In this document: one piece after another, positions 8,183-17,937 of the stretch
How the letters are laid out: every line of letters starts with the position of its first letter
Position numbering within the stretch: position 1 is the stretch's first letter
Source: a virus
DNA length: 64,000 bases
Direction: 5' to 3' (one strand)
Virus record (IMG/VR): IMGVR_UViG_3300032286_000925
Span: 31,386-95,385 of that record
Translations under genes and position numbers: made by a program
The notes under the pieces: generated by a model
The model's database searches: none
The model's input: the letters and a program-made list of their open reading frames with translations, nothing else
What the model was told of the DNA's origin: nothing

Positions 8183-11113
8183 GTGTCACGCCCTAAAAAG
8201 GGTGTGGGAGAGCACTCAAAACATAGACTTAGTAAAAAAGGACCGCTGTTACTCACAACGGCCTTTCTTGTTTTTTACCCAGTTTGCTTAACGCAAGCAG
8301 CTACTTCTTCTTTTCATCAAAAGAGTCAAGCAACTTCTTTGTCTTACGAGCAGCAGCTAGGTTTGCAAAAATACCCAGCACAAACAGCGCTAGGACTCCA
8401 GCACCAAAGCCTACCCAAAAACTATCAAGGTTTACAGTTATTAGCACAGTCATCTCCTTCAGTTGATGATTTCAATACTCTTAATACTACACTATCTAAG
8501 TACCAAACTCAACTTCAAACACTTATATCTAAAAAAGATACAAATCCGTCTTCGGAGCTTGATAAAGCCATTACTGACGTCGAAGCTAAGATATCTGACC
8601 TAGAAGAGAAGATAGCCAAGTTCACCCAAACCATCAATAGCGTCAAAAATGCCCAAACTACCCTTGCTAAAGCCTTACAAACCCTCTTAGAGAATCAAAA
8701 CAGCTTAAAAACGGCTCAAAACACCTTAGACAACGCTAAATCTAGTCTTTCAATAGCCACCAACGCTAAAAATACTCAAGACGCCATCACGACGGCATCA
8801 AAAGCAACTTTAGACTCTGCACAAGCAATCTATCAAGAGTCTTTAACTGAAAAAGAACTATCTGACGCATCTCTGACGCACCAGCAGACTATAACAGCAC
8901 AAGCACAACAAGGCGTCAATCAGGCACAAGCATCAGTTGACAATGCAACGGCAAACACCTTGGCGGCCCAAGCAACTTTAAACGAAGCGTCATCAAAAGT
9001 TGCAGCAGCCTCTGGAAATCTCATCAAAGCATCTATAAAGAAATCACAAGCACAGCAAGATCTAGAAGTTGCCTCATCCAAACTTCAAACGAAGCAGTCA
9101 GAAGTATCTGCTGCCAGGGAAACTTACAACCAAGTCACTATACAATACAACGAAACTTTAGACACATACACAACGGTCTATAACGAGTACCTGGATGCGC
9201 AAGAGACTGTAAACATTACACGAATCAACCTCCAAGAAGCGACTAACCAGCTCAACCAAGCACAGTCAGACTATGACAATCTACTTATTCCTGACCCAAC
9301 GTGGACTCCACTTACTTACGAACAAGAGCACGAACGCTTAGTTCCAACCACCACCATTGTTCCAGTTACAACCACAACCCTTACAGGCGGCCTAACCGCT
9401 GACGTATTCAACCGAAATGGTTACAATAACGCTCCACCACTACCTACCTCAAACGAACGACCTATCTACACAACCATAGTTCCAGACATCAACTTCAACT
9501 GGGGTTCAGGACAGGTCTTCAACTCAGGTAGAAGCGAAGATGTCATTGTACGTTTCACGGGAAACATTTCATTCCCGACCTCTGGCAACTACCAGTTCTA
9601 CTCACCAGCAGATGACGGAACTATTCTCCAAATCGACGGAGTTCAGATTATCAGCGACTGGCGAGACAAAGGTGGAGGCGGTTCTACCTCTGCACCAGTT
9701 TATTTTGAAGGCGGTTCTACCCACAGCATCACCCTTTACTACTACGAGAATGGTGGCGGAGCTAACGTCTGGCTTTATTACTACACCCCACAGACAGGTT
9801 ATGTTCTAGTTCCGCCATCTTACCTAGGTACAACATCTACCACTACAACTACCTACGTTGAACAAACTGTTTGGGACTACGAAACCTACTACACCACAGA
9901 GGTAGTCCCTGGACAAGTCCACCCACTAATCCACGACCCTGCTCTACTGCCTAACCTACGGAACGCACAAATCTATTACGACGCAACCGTTCTTGCTAAC
10001 CAGCAAGCAGAAGAAGACTGGCAGATAGCACAAGACAATCAACAGCAAGCAGCCCAAGATTCCCTAGCAGCCTATTACCTACTTATAGATACTGCCACCA
10101 CTCTTAACGCCCTTTCTTCAGAACTGGACGTCGACCAAAACGCATTCAATCAAGCTCAGTCAGCTTATAACCAAGCAGACTCTGAGAATGAGGTGGCTCA
10201 AACTAACTTAGATAGCGCTGTAAATGTGAAATCAGTAGCTCAGCAAACTTTTAACGAAGCCGATTCAAACTTAAACACAGCAAACTCCCAGCTTCAGGCA
10301 GCTCAAAGTACTTATAGCACAGAAAGCAGGAAAAGTCAAGAGAATCAAACTTCAAACGAACAAGTTTCATTAAAAGTTATATCTAATAAGACTATTTTAG
10401 ATAACCAACAAGAAGAATATAATAAAAACACTATAGCTTTGGAGTTAGCAACTTCTAACGAAGCTTCAGCGCAAGGTGTAGTTCAGAGCTCTCAAGATGC
10501 AGTCAACCAAGCTCAGATTCTTGTAGACACAAGCGTCCAAGAAAAAGCAACGGCAGAAACGGATCTACAGGCAGCTGAAACTTCTAACGAAACCTCATTC
10601 AACAATGCCCAAGAGGTAGCCTCAGGACTCCCAACTTTGCTTGACACAGCCGATACCATACTAAACACACCTAGAGGTTCTCAGGAGATTCCTACTGACC
10701 TTACAGCAGATAACCTTATAGACGTCGACCTAACGCAAGTTGACCCTACAGAGCTAACAGAAGCACAAGCAGAGCAACTTGTAGAAGCTGCCCTTGTTGT
10801 CTTTGAAACAGCCACAGAAGGCTCAGCAGAGTACGAACAAGCTCTTGACGCACTTGCACTTGCAGCTCAACAGGACGACATTGTTGTTGACGAAGCTCTA
10901 GCATCCATCCCAGGTGTTGGACAAGCAGCACAAGCAGCAGTAGCAGTATTGAACGCTATTGGAAACTTAGGTGCTGACATCTCACCAAAGAAGCGTAAGC
11001 AGGCTCAGAACCTAGTTGTAACCACCCTTGTTGTTGGACAAATTGCCCAGACAGCAGCCCTAGCTACCGCCAGTGCAGGCGGTTCATCTAATAGAACTAC
11101 AAGGAGAAAATAA
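8183..11113 (+). CDS. Long coiled-coil exported/membrane protein with central PA14 domain
   Basis: N-terminal hydrophobic segment; Q/A/T heptads on both sides of INFNWG...VRFTG...ADDG...YYENGGGA (PA14); hydrophobic C-terminus. Confidence 0.8.
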   Translation: MSRPKKGVGEHSKHRLSKKGPLLLTTAFLVFYPVCLTQAATSSFHQKSQATSLSYEQQLGLQKYPAQTALGLQHQSLPKNYQGLQLLAQSSPSVDDFNTLNTTLSKYQTQLQTLISKKDTNPSSELDKAITDVEAKISDLEEKIAKFTQTINSVKNAQTTLAKALQTLLENQNSLKTAQNTLDNAKSSLSIATNAKNTQDAITTASKATLDSAQAIYQESLTEKELSDASLTHQQTITAQAQQGVNQAQASVDNATANTLAAQATLNEASSKVAAASGNLIKASIKKSQAQQDLEVASSKLQTKQSEVSAARETYNQVTIQYNETLDTYTTVYNEYLDAQETVNITRINLQEATNQLNQAQSDYDNLLIPDPTWTPLTYEQEHERLVPTTTIVPVTTTTLTGGLTADVFNRNGYNNAPPLPTSNERPIYTTIVPDINFNWGSGQVFNSGRSEDVIVRFTGNISFPTSGNYQFYSPADDGTILQIDGVQIISDWRDKGGGGSTSAPVYFEGGSTHSITLYYYENGGGANVWLYYYTPQTGYVLVPPSYLGTTSTTTTTYVEQTVWDYETYYTTEVVPGQVHPLIHDPALLPNLRNAQIYYDATVLANQQAEEDWQIAQDNQQQAAQDSLAAYYLLIDTATTLNALSSELDVDQNAFNQAQSAYNQADSENEVAQTNLDSAVNVKSVAQQTFNEADSNLNTANSQLQAAQSTYSTESRKSQENQTSNEQVSLKVISNKTILDNQQEEYNKNTIALELATSNEASAQGVVQSSQDAVNQAQILVDTSVQEKATAETDLQAAETSNETSFNNAQEVASGLPTLLDTADTILNTPRGSQEIPTDLTADNLIDVDLTQVDPTELTEAQAEQLVEAALVVFETATEGSAEYEQALDALALAAQQDDIVVDEALASIPGVGQAAQAAVAVLNAIGNLGADISPKKRKQAQNLVVTTLVVGQIAQTAALATASAGGSSNRTTRRK

Positions 11114-11409
11114 TGAAATTATTCGCAAACGTAATACTACGAGTAGTAGCCACATTCGTAGCGTCTGCACTAGGCGTTATCGGTGCTGGCTCTGTTGCTG
11201 GCTCTGTAAGCGGTGTTGATATCCCAATCTGGTTTAGCGCAATCATGGGAGGAATCATGGCGGTTGCTAAGGTTGTCGAGCTTCTCTCTCTAGCGTTCCT
11301 AGAAGATGGAAAACTCAGCCGAGAAGAAATCAACGCTGCTTTTCGCCAGACCACCAAAATCAAAGACATTGACGAAACCACTTCAACAAGCAAGAAAGAG
11401 AAAGAATAA
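11113..11409 (+). CDS. Holin-like membrane protein
   Basis: Two TM helices then DGKLSREEI; lies upstream of M23 peptidase. Confidence 0.6.
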   Translation: MKLFANVILRVVATFVASALGVIGAGSVAGSVSGVDIPIWFSAIMGGIMAVAKVVELLSLAFLEDGKLSREEINAAFRQTTKIKDIDETTSTSKKEKE

Positions 11410-11603
11410 TGAAGAAAATAACAAAGTTCCTAGGGGAACTTTTCAAAGACCTACTTGACCAAGCGTGGACCCTACTAGGTCTAGCGTTGGGTTGGGTGCT
11501 TCTAGAAGGTTCTGCCAGAGATATCGTAGGTAAGTTGATTGGAATTACCCTACTTATTTGGGTTCTGACCTTCCCTATCCGTCGTGGCAAAGACGACGAA
11601 TAA
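11409..11603 (+). CDS. Small two-TM membrane protein
   Basis: Hydrophobic; TAATG coupling. Confidence 0.65.
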   Translation: MKKITKFLGELFKDLLDQAWTLLGLALGWVLLEGSARDIVGKLIGITLLIWVLTFPIRRGKDDE

Positions 11604-11636
11604 ATCAGCAAATTCTAATGGTCTTACAATAGAACT

Positions 11637-12707
11637 ATGCCTAATTTGAATCCAGAAGAGCGCGACCTCGCTAATGCGTTGATTCTACTCGCTGACAAGT
11701 ACGGGAAGTTTAATGAAGACGAGACTGGCATCTGGGCTGGCTACGAGTCAGCCGAAGCAAACGAAGTTGCAGGTATTGGCGTAAAGTGCTCCAACTGCGT
11801 TCTTTACAGAGGTGGCTCTGAATGCGCTATTATCTCAGCAGAAGTAGAGCCAGACGGTAAGTGTCGATTTGCTGTTATCCCTGATGGCGTAGTTGTTGTT
11901 GCAACAGCAGGCTCAAAGCCATCACCTAAAAAAGATCAAATAAAAGGTTCTGACAAGAACAAAGAAGGCTCTGCCGATACAGGCAAAGGAGTTACTTTTA
12001 CTCCAGAGATTACTAAGGCTCTTGAGAAGAAAGTTGCTGACCACAACGCCAAGGCAAAGAATGGCCGCAAGGTTACGCTTGCAAAACTAAAAGCAGTTTA
12101 CCGTCGTGGAGCAGGTGCATTCTCTTCAAGCCACCGCCCAGACCAGAACCGCAACTCATGGGCTATGGCTCGCGTCAATGCTTTCTTAAAGCTTGTTCGC
12201 TCAGGTAAACCTAACAACCCTAAGTATGTTCAGGACAACGACTTACTACCTAAACTTCATCCTCGTAGCACCGAAACTGCCACAATGAATCCATTACTGG
12301 CGTCTATGGTATTCGCTCTAGACGATGACTCTTGTCCACCAGCTACCCAAGACATTGCTGTAAACCTTGCTAATAGAGAAAAGGCAATAGAAACTGCTGG
12401 CTATGGGCCACTAAATCCTAATGAACCAAATGAAGAGTTTTGGCAAGATAAGGCTGATCGCTGGTCAATCCCTGTCACCGAAGCAAAGAAAAGTGTGTGC
12501 GGCAACTGCGTAATGTTTATTCGCACACCAAAGATGTTGGACTGTATTGAAGGCGGAATCTCTGCCGGCGACTCTGGTCAGCAAAACGCATGGGACGCTA
12601 TCGATCAAGCAGAGCTTGGCTATTGTGAAGCATTTGATTTTAAATGTGCTTCATCAAGAACTTGTAATGCATGGGTTGTTGGTGGTCCAATCACCGAAGA
12701 AAACTAA
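11637..12707 (+). CDS. Multi-domain protein with two four-Cys modules
   Basis: CSNC..C..C and CGNC..C..C..C flanking an AVYRRGAGAF...WAMARVNAFL domain; leaderless start. Confidence 0.7.
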   Translation: MPNLNPEERDLANALILLADKYGKFNEDETGIWAGYESAEANEVAGIGVKCSNCVLYRGGSECAIISAEVEPDGKCRFAVIPDGVVVVATAGSKPSPKKDQIKGSDKNKEGSADTGKGVTFTPEITKALEKKVADHNAKAKNGRKVTLAKLKAVYRRGAGAFSSSHRPDQNRNSWAMARVNAFLKLVRSGKPNNPKYVQDNDLLPKLHPRSTETATMNPLLASMVFALDDDSCPPATQDIAVNLANREKAIETAGYGPLNPNEPNEEFWQDKADRWSIPVTEAKKSVCGNCVMFIRTPKMLDCIEGGISAGDSGQQNAWDAIDQAELGYCEAFDFKCASSRTCNAWVVGGPITEEN

Positions 12708-12731
12708 TCAACTAACTAAGGAAAAACATTT

Positions 12732-13229
12732 ATGTCAGAAAAAACTGTAGTTTACATTGAGCCATTCCCAAAGAACAAGCGTGGAGATGGATTCAAGAAC
12801 TTTGCTTCATACCGTACTAACCCACACCGTGGCGTTGACTGGTCAGTTGCTGGCGGTCTTAAGATTAAGGCTATTACAAGCGGAACAGTTATGGAAGTTG
12901 GCGAGACTAAGGTTTTGGGTAACTACCTAATCCAGTCTACATACGATGGTCACTTCATCCTTTACGCACACTTCCAGGTTCCATCAACTCTAAAGCAGGG
13001 TGAAAAGGTCGAGGCTGGAAAGACCATTGTTGGTCTAGTAGGAACAACCGGAACCGCAAGTACCGGAAACCACCTTCACGTCACCTATGGTGTTAAGAAG
13101 AACCTTATCACTGCTGGTATCGAAGACCTACGCGACTTGTTCGCAGTACTTGACGCAGCACCTAAGAAGTCTGTTGTATCTAAGGTTGCGTCAGCAGTAA
13201 AGAAGGTAGTGCCTACCAAGAAGGCATAA
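12732..13229 (+). CDS. M23 family peptidase (endolysin-like)
   Basis: HRGVD, YAH, GTTGTASTGNHLH. Confidence 0.9.
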   Translation: MSEKTVVYIEPFPKNKRGDGFKNFASYRTNPHRGVDWSVAGGLKIKAITSGTVMEVGETKVLGNYLIQSTYDGHFILYAHFQVPSTLKQGEKVEAGKTIVGLVGTTGTASTGNHLHVTYGVKKNLITAGIEDLRDLFAVLDAAPKKSVVSKVASAVKKVVPTKKA

Positions 13230-13283
13230 TAAGCTAGCCCGGAGATAAAGGTGTATTTGAACACGTAATAAACCTGACCGGTA

Positions 13284-13323
13284 GAAAGAAACCCCCATCT
13301 GACGAGGTTGGGGGTTTTCTTTA
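13284..13323. terminator. Bidirectional intrinsic terminator
   Basis: AAAGAAACCCCCA...TGGGGGTTTTCTTT between convergent genes. Confidence 0.8.
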
Positions 13324-13324
13324 T

Positions 13325-13993
13325 TTATTGATATTTAAAAGCAGACTTTGCTTGTAGGTATGCTTCTTTTATACGTTCATCTAGCATCCCCTTGGGGCAT
13401 GAGTAAACCCAATTAGAAGAAGAGTGGTATTCATAAGCACTTCCACCATTAGTCCCAATATTAGACATTACTCTGTAGTTATCAAAAGTAAACCTATTCC
13501 AAACTTCTGTCACATTTACGGTATTGTTGAGTACAGGCTTATCATTCACCATTTGAAACTCAGAGATTTCAACAACTGGATTTCGGTAGCCATACTTTTT
13601 TTGATAGAGTATGTGACTTAAATTCATATACCCATCATGGTGTCCAAAATTTGGTAGATTTCCCAAGAATAATAATCCACTAGAGTTAGGTTCAATATTA
13701 TAAGATTGAGTTTTTACTGGCAACAGATTAGAAGCAAAAATCTTACGGATAAGCTCATGTTCTTCTTCAGAATACTCATGCTTGACTTCTACCCAAGTAT
13801 CAAAATCTTTAAGATAAAAATCAGGCAAATAAGATAGTTCTTCTTCTTCAAATATAGTGGAGAATCTTTCATACTCGTATTCCCATCTGATGTCTAAAGC
13901 ATCAAAGAATACCGCCCATCTAGCTTCTAATCTAGACCTAAATAATACTCCAGAATATTCAGTAGGTTTAACATTCAAAGAATACTTAGCCAT
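13325..13993 (-). CDS. PD-(D/E)XK endonuclease
   Basis: FRSRLEARWA, YLPDFYL, WVEVK. Confidence 0.8.
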   Translation of the reverse strand: MAKYSLNVKPTEYSGVLFRSRLEARWAVFFDALDIRWEYEYERFSTIFEEEELSYLPDFYLKDFDTWVEVKHEYSEEEHELIRKIFASNLLPVKTQSYNIEPNSSGLLFLGNLPNFGHHDGYMNLSHILYQKKYGYRNPVVEISEFQMVNDKPVLNNTVNVTEVWNRFTFDNYRVMSNIGTNGGSAYEYHSSSNWVYSCPKGMLDERIKEAYLQAKSAFKYQ

Positions 13994-14315
13994 TCTTAGG
14001 TCCCCCAATCATACTGCTAACGCTACTACTAAATGGCTTATATATGTTATGCATCATAGCATCATAAGTCCCATCGTCAGGTATAGGTTGTATAGCTAAA
14101 ATAGCCGAGTACGGAATAAACACAAAACCATCTTCCCACTCCTCAACTATGTTATTAGTTTCTGTTTCAATCTCCATACCATTTGACGTAGACACACCAA
14201 CTAAGTCAAGAAAGTCTACAGTTGCAACGTAATAAGTTTTACGCCCAGGTAAGAGAATAGTTATTTTACTGCCTTCAGGAAATAGGTCCTGAACCTTTTT
14301 GTTTTGAATCACCAT
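13986..14315 (-). CDS. Hypothetical protein
   Basis: AGAAAGGA RBS; beta-rich with FIPYSAILAI. Confidence 0.65.
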   Translation of the reverse strand: MVIQNKKVQDLFPEGSKITILLPGRKTYYVATVDFLDLVGVSTSNGMEIETETNNIVEEWEDGFVFIPYSAILAIQPIPDDGTYDAMMHNIYKPFSSSVSSMIGGPKNG

Positions 14316-14327
14316 GATTCCTTTCTA

Positions 14328-14732
14328 TTAGTCTTCCGACCCATTTTCTAGGGCCCATCTTATATCTTGCCAATCAAAGTATATCGAATTAGCATCCGGA
14401 AATACTAAACTATGCATCGTTTGGAAGTAGTGGAGGTTGCCCTCGGTATCAATAATTCCTAGCGGACTTACATCTCGAATCTCAACTAAAGTACATAACT
14501 CTTCATCGTAGTCGTCAGACACTCCATCAAGCTCATCTTCATCAGGAAGATTAAACTGGTTAACATATACCGACTTATTAACTTCAAAGTACGGAGATAG
14601 TATCTTGCTAAAGACATTAAACTTTAGTGGCCTCCAACTGTCATAGAACTCGTCCTTGCGTGTCTTATCGAAATCTTCCCAATCATCAGGGTTGATTACC
14701 ACAATGTCTCTGTGTAATGGTTTAAATGTCAT
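14328..14732 (-). CDS. Acidic hypothetical protein
   Basis: 134-aa ORF in operon. Confidence 0.6.
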   Translation of the reverse strand: MTFKPLHRDIVVINPDDWEDFDKTRKDEFYDSWRPLKFNVFSKILSPYFEVNKSVYVNQFNLPDEDELDGVSDDYDEELCTLVEIRDVSPLGIIDTEGNLHYFQTMHSLVFPDANSIYFDWQDIRWALENGSED

Positions 14733-14740
14733 TATGTCTC

Positions 14741-15217
14741 TTAACTAACGTGCGTTACCCAATAGTAGTTACACTTCTCACAACAAGGTTCATTGTCCGG
14801 GTCTTCCAATGAATCGAAGAACTGGAAGTAGTAAACTGGATCTTTTTTGTAAAGGTTTGCTTTGTGTGTAGCCATAACTCTAAAACTCTTTTCGTGGTCA
14901 TGGAACCAGTTAGGTAACCCATCACCCCACGACTCAGTGTTAGCGAGGAATAGTTTTGTGATGTTGGCAACATTATTCTCTGTCTTTATGCCACGTTTAT
15001 TTGCTTCATCAACGCAAGCCATTACGTAAGACAGCAACGCCTTCTCGTGACCTCTCCACATCTTTACTGCAGGGTGATTGCGCCATCCGGCTTTAGGGTC
15101 GTCATTACTAAGGACGTTGAGGATTTGATATCCCTCAAGGATTTGCTTGTTGAGGCGTTTGTTATCTAGCACCTCTGCGGACTTGTTGAAGTCCTTGTAC
15201 GGTAGAAATGTTTGCAT
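14741..15217 (-). CDS. Pyrimidine-dimer DNA glycosylase-like (MSMEG_6728 family)
   Basis: MQTFLPY...LDNKRLNKQ.LE...HPAVKMWRG...HKANL.KKDP. Confidence 0.85.
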   Translation of the reverse strand: MQTFLPYKDFNKSAEVLDNKRLNKQILEGYQILNVLSNDDPKAGWRNHPAVKMWRGHEKALLSYVMACVDEANKRGIKTENNVANITKLFLANTESWGDGLPNWFHDHEKSFRVMATHKANLYKKDPVYYFQFFDSLEDPDNEPCCEKCNYYWVTHVS

Positions 15218-15252
15218 ACTTATACCTTACTGACGTCGACGATTCTTGTCAA
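15218..15252 (-). promoter_or_regulatory. Sigma-A type promoter for a leaderless mRNA
   Basis: TTGACA-17-TAAGGT-6-ATG. Confidence 0.8.
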
Positions 15253-15264
15253 GTCCAAAATCGG

Positions 15265-15351
15265 AAAAACCCCCGAACCGAAGTCCGAGGGTTTCTCCTA
15301 GAAAGGAATTACAAATGTGAAACAACACACAGCACGGGAACCACTCCGTAC
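15265..15351 (-). ncRNA. Candidate small RNA with anti-SD segment and terminator
   Basis: TAGAAT at 15363-15358, 5' hairpin GTACGG/CCGTGC, AATTCCTTTCT, UUCG-capped terminator. Confidence 0.5.
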
Positions 15352-15379
15352 ATTTATATTCTACTACAAAAACACAAGA

Positions 15380-15698
15380 CTACAGGAAGTTTTGCACTTC
15401 TTTAACAAGTCCAGGCTTTGGTTTTGCACCAATGATTGTATTGACAATCTCACCATTTTTGTATATAAGAATAGTTGGAATAGAAGAGATGCCAAATCTT
15501 TCCAAAAGAAGAGGCTCTTCATCAGCATTAACTTTTACAATCTTTAGCTGCCCAGCATACTCTTCAGCAAGTTCATTAAGGATTGGAGCAACCATCCGAC
15601 AAGGACCACACCAAGTAGCCCAGAAATCGACAAGTACCAACCCAGAAGCATTAACCACTTCTTCAGTGTATTCATCAGTTTTTATGTCCTTAATCATT
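15380..15698 (-). CDS. trxA: Thioredoxin
   Basis: VDFWATWCGPC, SIPT, GAKPK; likely start MIKDIK (start coordinate approximate). Confidence 0.95.
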
Positions 15699-15896
15699 TT
15701 CGTGCCAATCTCTATCCATTTTTGTCTGGCTACCAAATGTCAAAGCAACCATAAGCATAGATACAAGTATAACAAACGGTTGAAAATACCACCAGTTCAC
15801 CCCGGTACCAGACGACACAATACTTGCGATTGTCTCGTGATACCCAAACCAAAACAAAAAGGCAAACAAAGCATCTTTATTTATTTTTCCCATGCG
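15690..15896 (-). CDS. Small membrane protein
   Basis: Hydrophobic; likely start MGKINK (start coordinate approximate). Confidence 0.5.
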   Translation of the reverse strand, partial: RMGKINKDALFAFLFWFGYHETIASIVSSGTGVNWWYFQPFVILVSMLMVALTFGSQTKMDRDWHEND

Positions 15897-16028
15897 CACA
15901 CGCTTTCTGAGTGACTTCCACTCAAATCTTGATAAGTAACAACACCACACTTGTAGTGCTGAATTGCATACATTAATCCAATAAGACTAATGAATATTAC
16001 CATAGTAGTGATTACCATCTTAGCCTCA

Positions 16029-16238
16029 CTACTCACCTTCACCCACACCCTCACACATCTGAATAGCAGTCTCTTCCCCAGCGTCTTTATATTGTTCCCA
16101 ACAGGAGACAGGGGTAGGAGTAGGTGCCGGATTCTGCTTTCCCTTAAGCAAGAAGAATCCATAAGCTAAGCACCCAAGCATTGCAACAACAATTAGCGCA
16201 AATGCAGCAATCTCTTTTTTAGTTATCTCTTCATTCAT
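16029..16238 (-). CDS. Small membrane-anchored protein
   Basis: MNEEITKKE, TM helix, PAPTPTP linker, two Cys. Confidence 0.55.
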   Translation of the reverse strand: MNEEITKKEIAAFALIVVAMLGCLAYGFFLLKGKQNPAPTPTPVSCWEQYKDAGEETAIQMCEGVGEGE

Positions 16239-16458
16239 TAGATTCTCCTTTAATAAGTTCAACAGCCTCGCAAAAACAATAGCCAAGTTGATTATGCCCA
16301 CCATCCAAAGTGCATTTGCTATTCTCTGCTAGCAGTTTGATGATGCGATTACGTTCTTCTGTTTTAATAAAGCTTTCATATGAAGCTTGCTGTTGACGAA
16401 CAATTCCTCGTCTAATATCAATAGCTTCTTGCTCCGGGTCATGCGGGTAGTCATTCAT
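16231..16458 (-). CDS. ERxRII-motif hypothetical protein
   Basis: EERNRIIKLL; AAGGAG RBS. Confidence 0.6.
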   Translation of the reverse strand: MNDYPHDPEQEAIDIRRGIVRQQQASYESFIKTEERNRIIKLLAENSKCTLDGGHNQLGYCFCEAVELIKGESNE

Positions 16459-16642
16459 TCGTCTCTCCTTTGATAAGGTCAATAGCAGTCTCAAGACCGT
16501 CTAGGTACTCACGGTCAACAAGCATTGGATTGCTTACTCTTTCAATCTCTGCCTTTAGCAGTTCAATAATGCGTTCACGCTCACGCTCAACAGCACGAGC
16601 TCTACCCTTTAGGGAATCCTCTACTGTAATCCATTTACTCAT
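16451..16642 (-). CDS. ERxRII-motif hypothetical protein
   Basis: ERERIIELL. Confidence 0.6.
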   Translation of the reverse strand: MSKWITVEDSLKGRARAVERERERIIELLKAEIERVSNPMLVDREYLDGLETAIDLIKGETNE

Positions 16643-16839
16643 TACGTCATTCTTTCTATTAGTTCGATATGCTCACGAACAGCTCTACAACGAGCATGGG
16701 TCCGCATTATTTTTGCATTTCTGCAGTATTCATAGTCACACGCAAGGTTATTAAGTGCCTCAATGATTCGAGTACGTTCCTCACGTCGACCAACTTCTTC
16801 TCCAGCCATCCAGATGATTCTAGCCTCTTCATCATCCAT
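16642..16839 (-). CDS. ERxRII-motif hypothetical protein
   Basis: EERTRIIEAL; GGAGG RBS. Confidence 0.6.
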   Translation of the reverse strand: MDDEEARIIWMAGEEVGRREERTRIIEALNNLACDYEYCRNAKIMRTHARCRAVREHIELIERMT

Positions 16840-16840
16840 A

Positions 16841-17449
16841 CTACTCCGCTACCTCCAATGAGTCAATAGCATCTTGCAGAATAGCAAGACCAGTCTCTGG
16901 GTGTACGCAGTTACGCAAAATCTGTCTTTTGTTGGAGAGTTTGTACTTACTTAGGTCTATACCATGAAGTTTTTGTAGCCCTGGAATCTGTAAATCTCTC
17001 AGGTTCTCTACAACCTTAGGTAACTCATTAATAGTAAAACTTGCCCAGTAAAGGTGCCTGTTTATCTTCTGAGGGTCCATCATTGCAGGATAGTAAGGAA
17101 CAACATTCTCTACAACCCATAAAGCTTTTGAGTGATACTTCAAGAACACAATCTCTTCATAAAGAGTCATGTCTGGATACTTAGGCTCAGTGCCACGGAA
17201 TCTTACACCAATGTTGTATCTAAAAGACGAGTGGCTTTGACAGGGAGGAGAAGACCAAATAAAGTCAAACTCTTCATGGTGCTCCAATAAGAACTGATGC
17301 GCATCCCCCACAACTACGGTGTCATTTGGGTACAAGTCTGCATAGACAGCAGCTATATCGGGGTTGTACTCAACAGCAGTGACTTCATGCTCGTCACCCC
17401 AAAGTCTTCGGTTGCCACCAATACCAGCGTATAAGTTTAAAATCTTCAT
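16841..17449 (-). CDS. Short C5-cytosine DNA methyltransferase
   Basis: LYAGIGG (motif I), SPPCQ (IV), ENV (VI), RNCV (X). Confidence 0.88.
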   Translation of the reverse strand: MKILNLYAGIGGNRRLWGDEHEVTAVEYNPDIAAVYADLYPNDTVVVGDAHQFLLEHHEEFDFIWSSPPCQSHSSFRYNIGVRFRGTEPKYPDMTLYEEIVFLKYHSKALWVVENVVPYYPAMMDPQKINRHLYWASFTINELPKVVENLRDLQIPGLQKLHGIDLSKYKLSNKRQILRNCVHPETGLAILQDAIDSLEVAE

Positions 17450-17456
17450 AAGTTCC

Positions 17457-17660
17457 TTAATAAACTATGTTCGGTTCTTCGAGCACACCGTGACGTTTTC
17501 TAGCAGCCATACACCCAGCCTCCCAAAGATGTCTAGCGTATTGGCCGTTAACCCCACCACTCCAAAGCTCAATGTTTTTAGTTCCATCTGCATTTCTTGC
17601 AAGGTTTTTCTTAGGAACCTCAAGATTACAGTTTGCACAGATGTAGTTATCAGTAGACAA
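17457..17660 (-). CDS. Small Zn-binding protein ending EEPNIVY
   Basis: CANC...H...C; shared C-terminal motif. Confidence 0.65.
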   Translation of the reverse strand: MSTDNYICANCNLEVPKKNLARNADGTKNIELWSGGVNGQYARHLWEAGCMAARKRHGVLEEPNIVY

Positions 17661-17937
17661 TGTCTGGCTCTTCTCTAGGTGCTAATCCAGATTCTTTAAT
17701 CCAACGCTCAGCAAGGTCTACCTGAACCCCTTGGGTCAAAGTCAGGAAGTCAGTACTACCATCAAGAACGTTGTTATTAAAAAGGTGAATAAGTATTCTA
17801 GCATTTGAATAAGGGTCTCCAGGACCATCCTTCTTACTCTCCCATAGGTTCCTGTCATAGCTAGGAATACTGTAGTAGTTAGTGAGTCTGTACTTAAAGA
17901 CTCCAGAATGCGAGACTTCTACTTCATTAATAGACAA
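17650..17937 (-). CDS. Small protein ending EEPDIVY
   Basis: ORF track; shared C-terminal motif. Confidence 0.65.
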   Translation of the reverse strand: MSINEVEVSHSGVFKYRLTNYYSIPSYDRNLWESKKDGPGDPYSNARILIHLFNNNVLDGSTDFLTLTQGVQVDLAERWIKESGLAPREEPDIVY

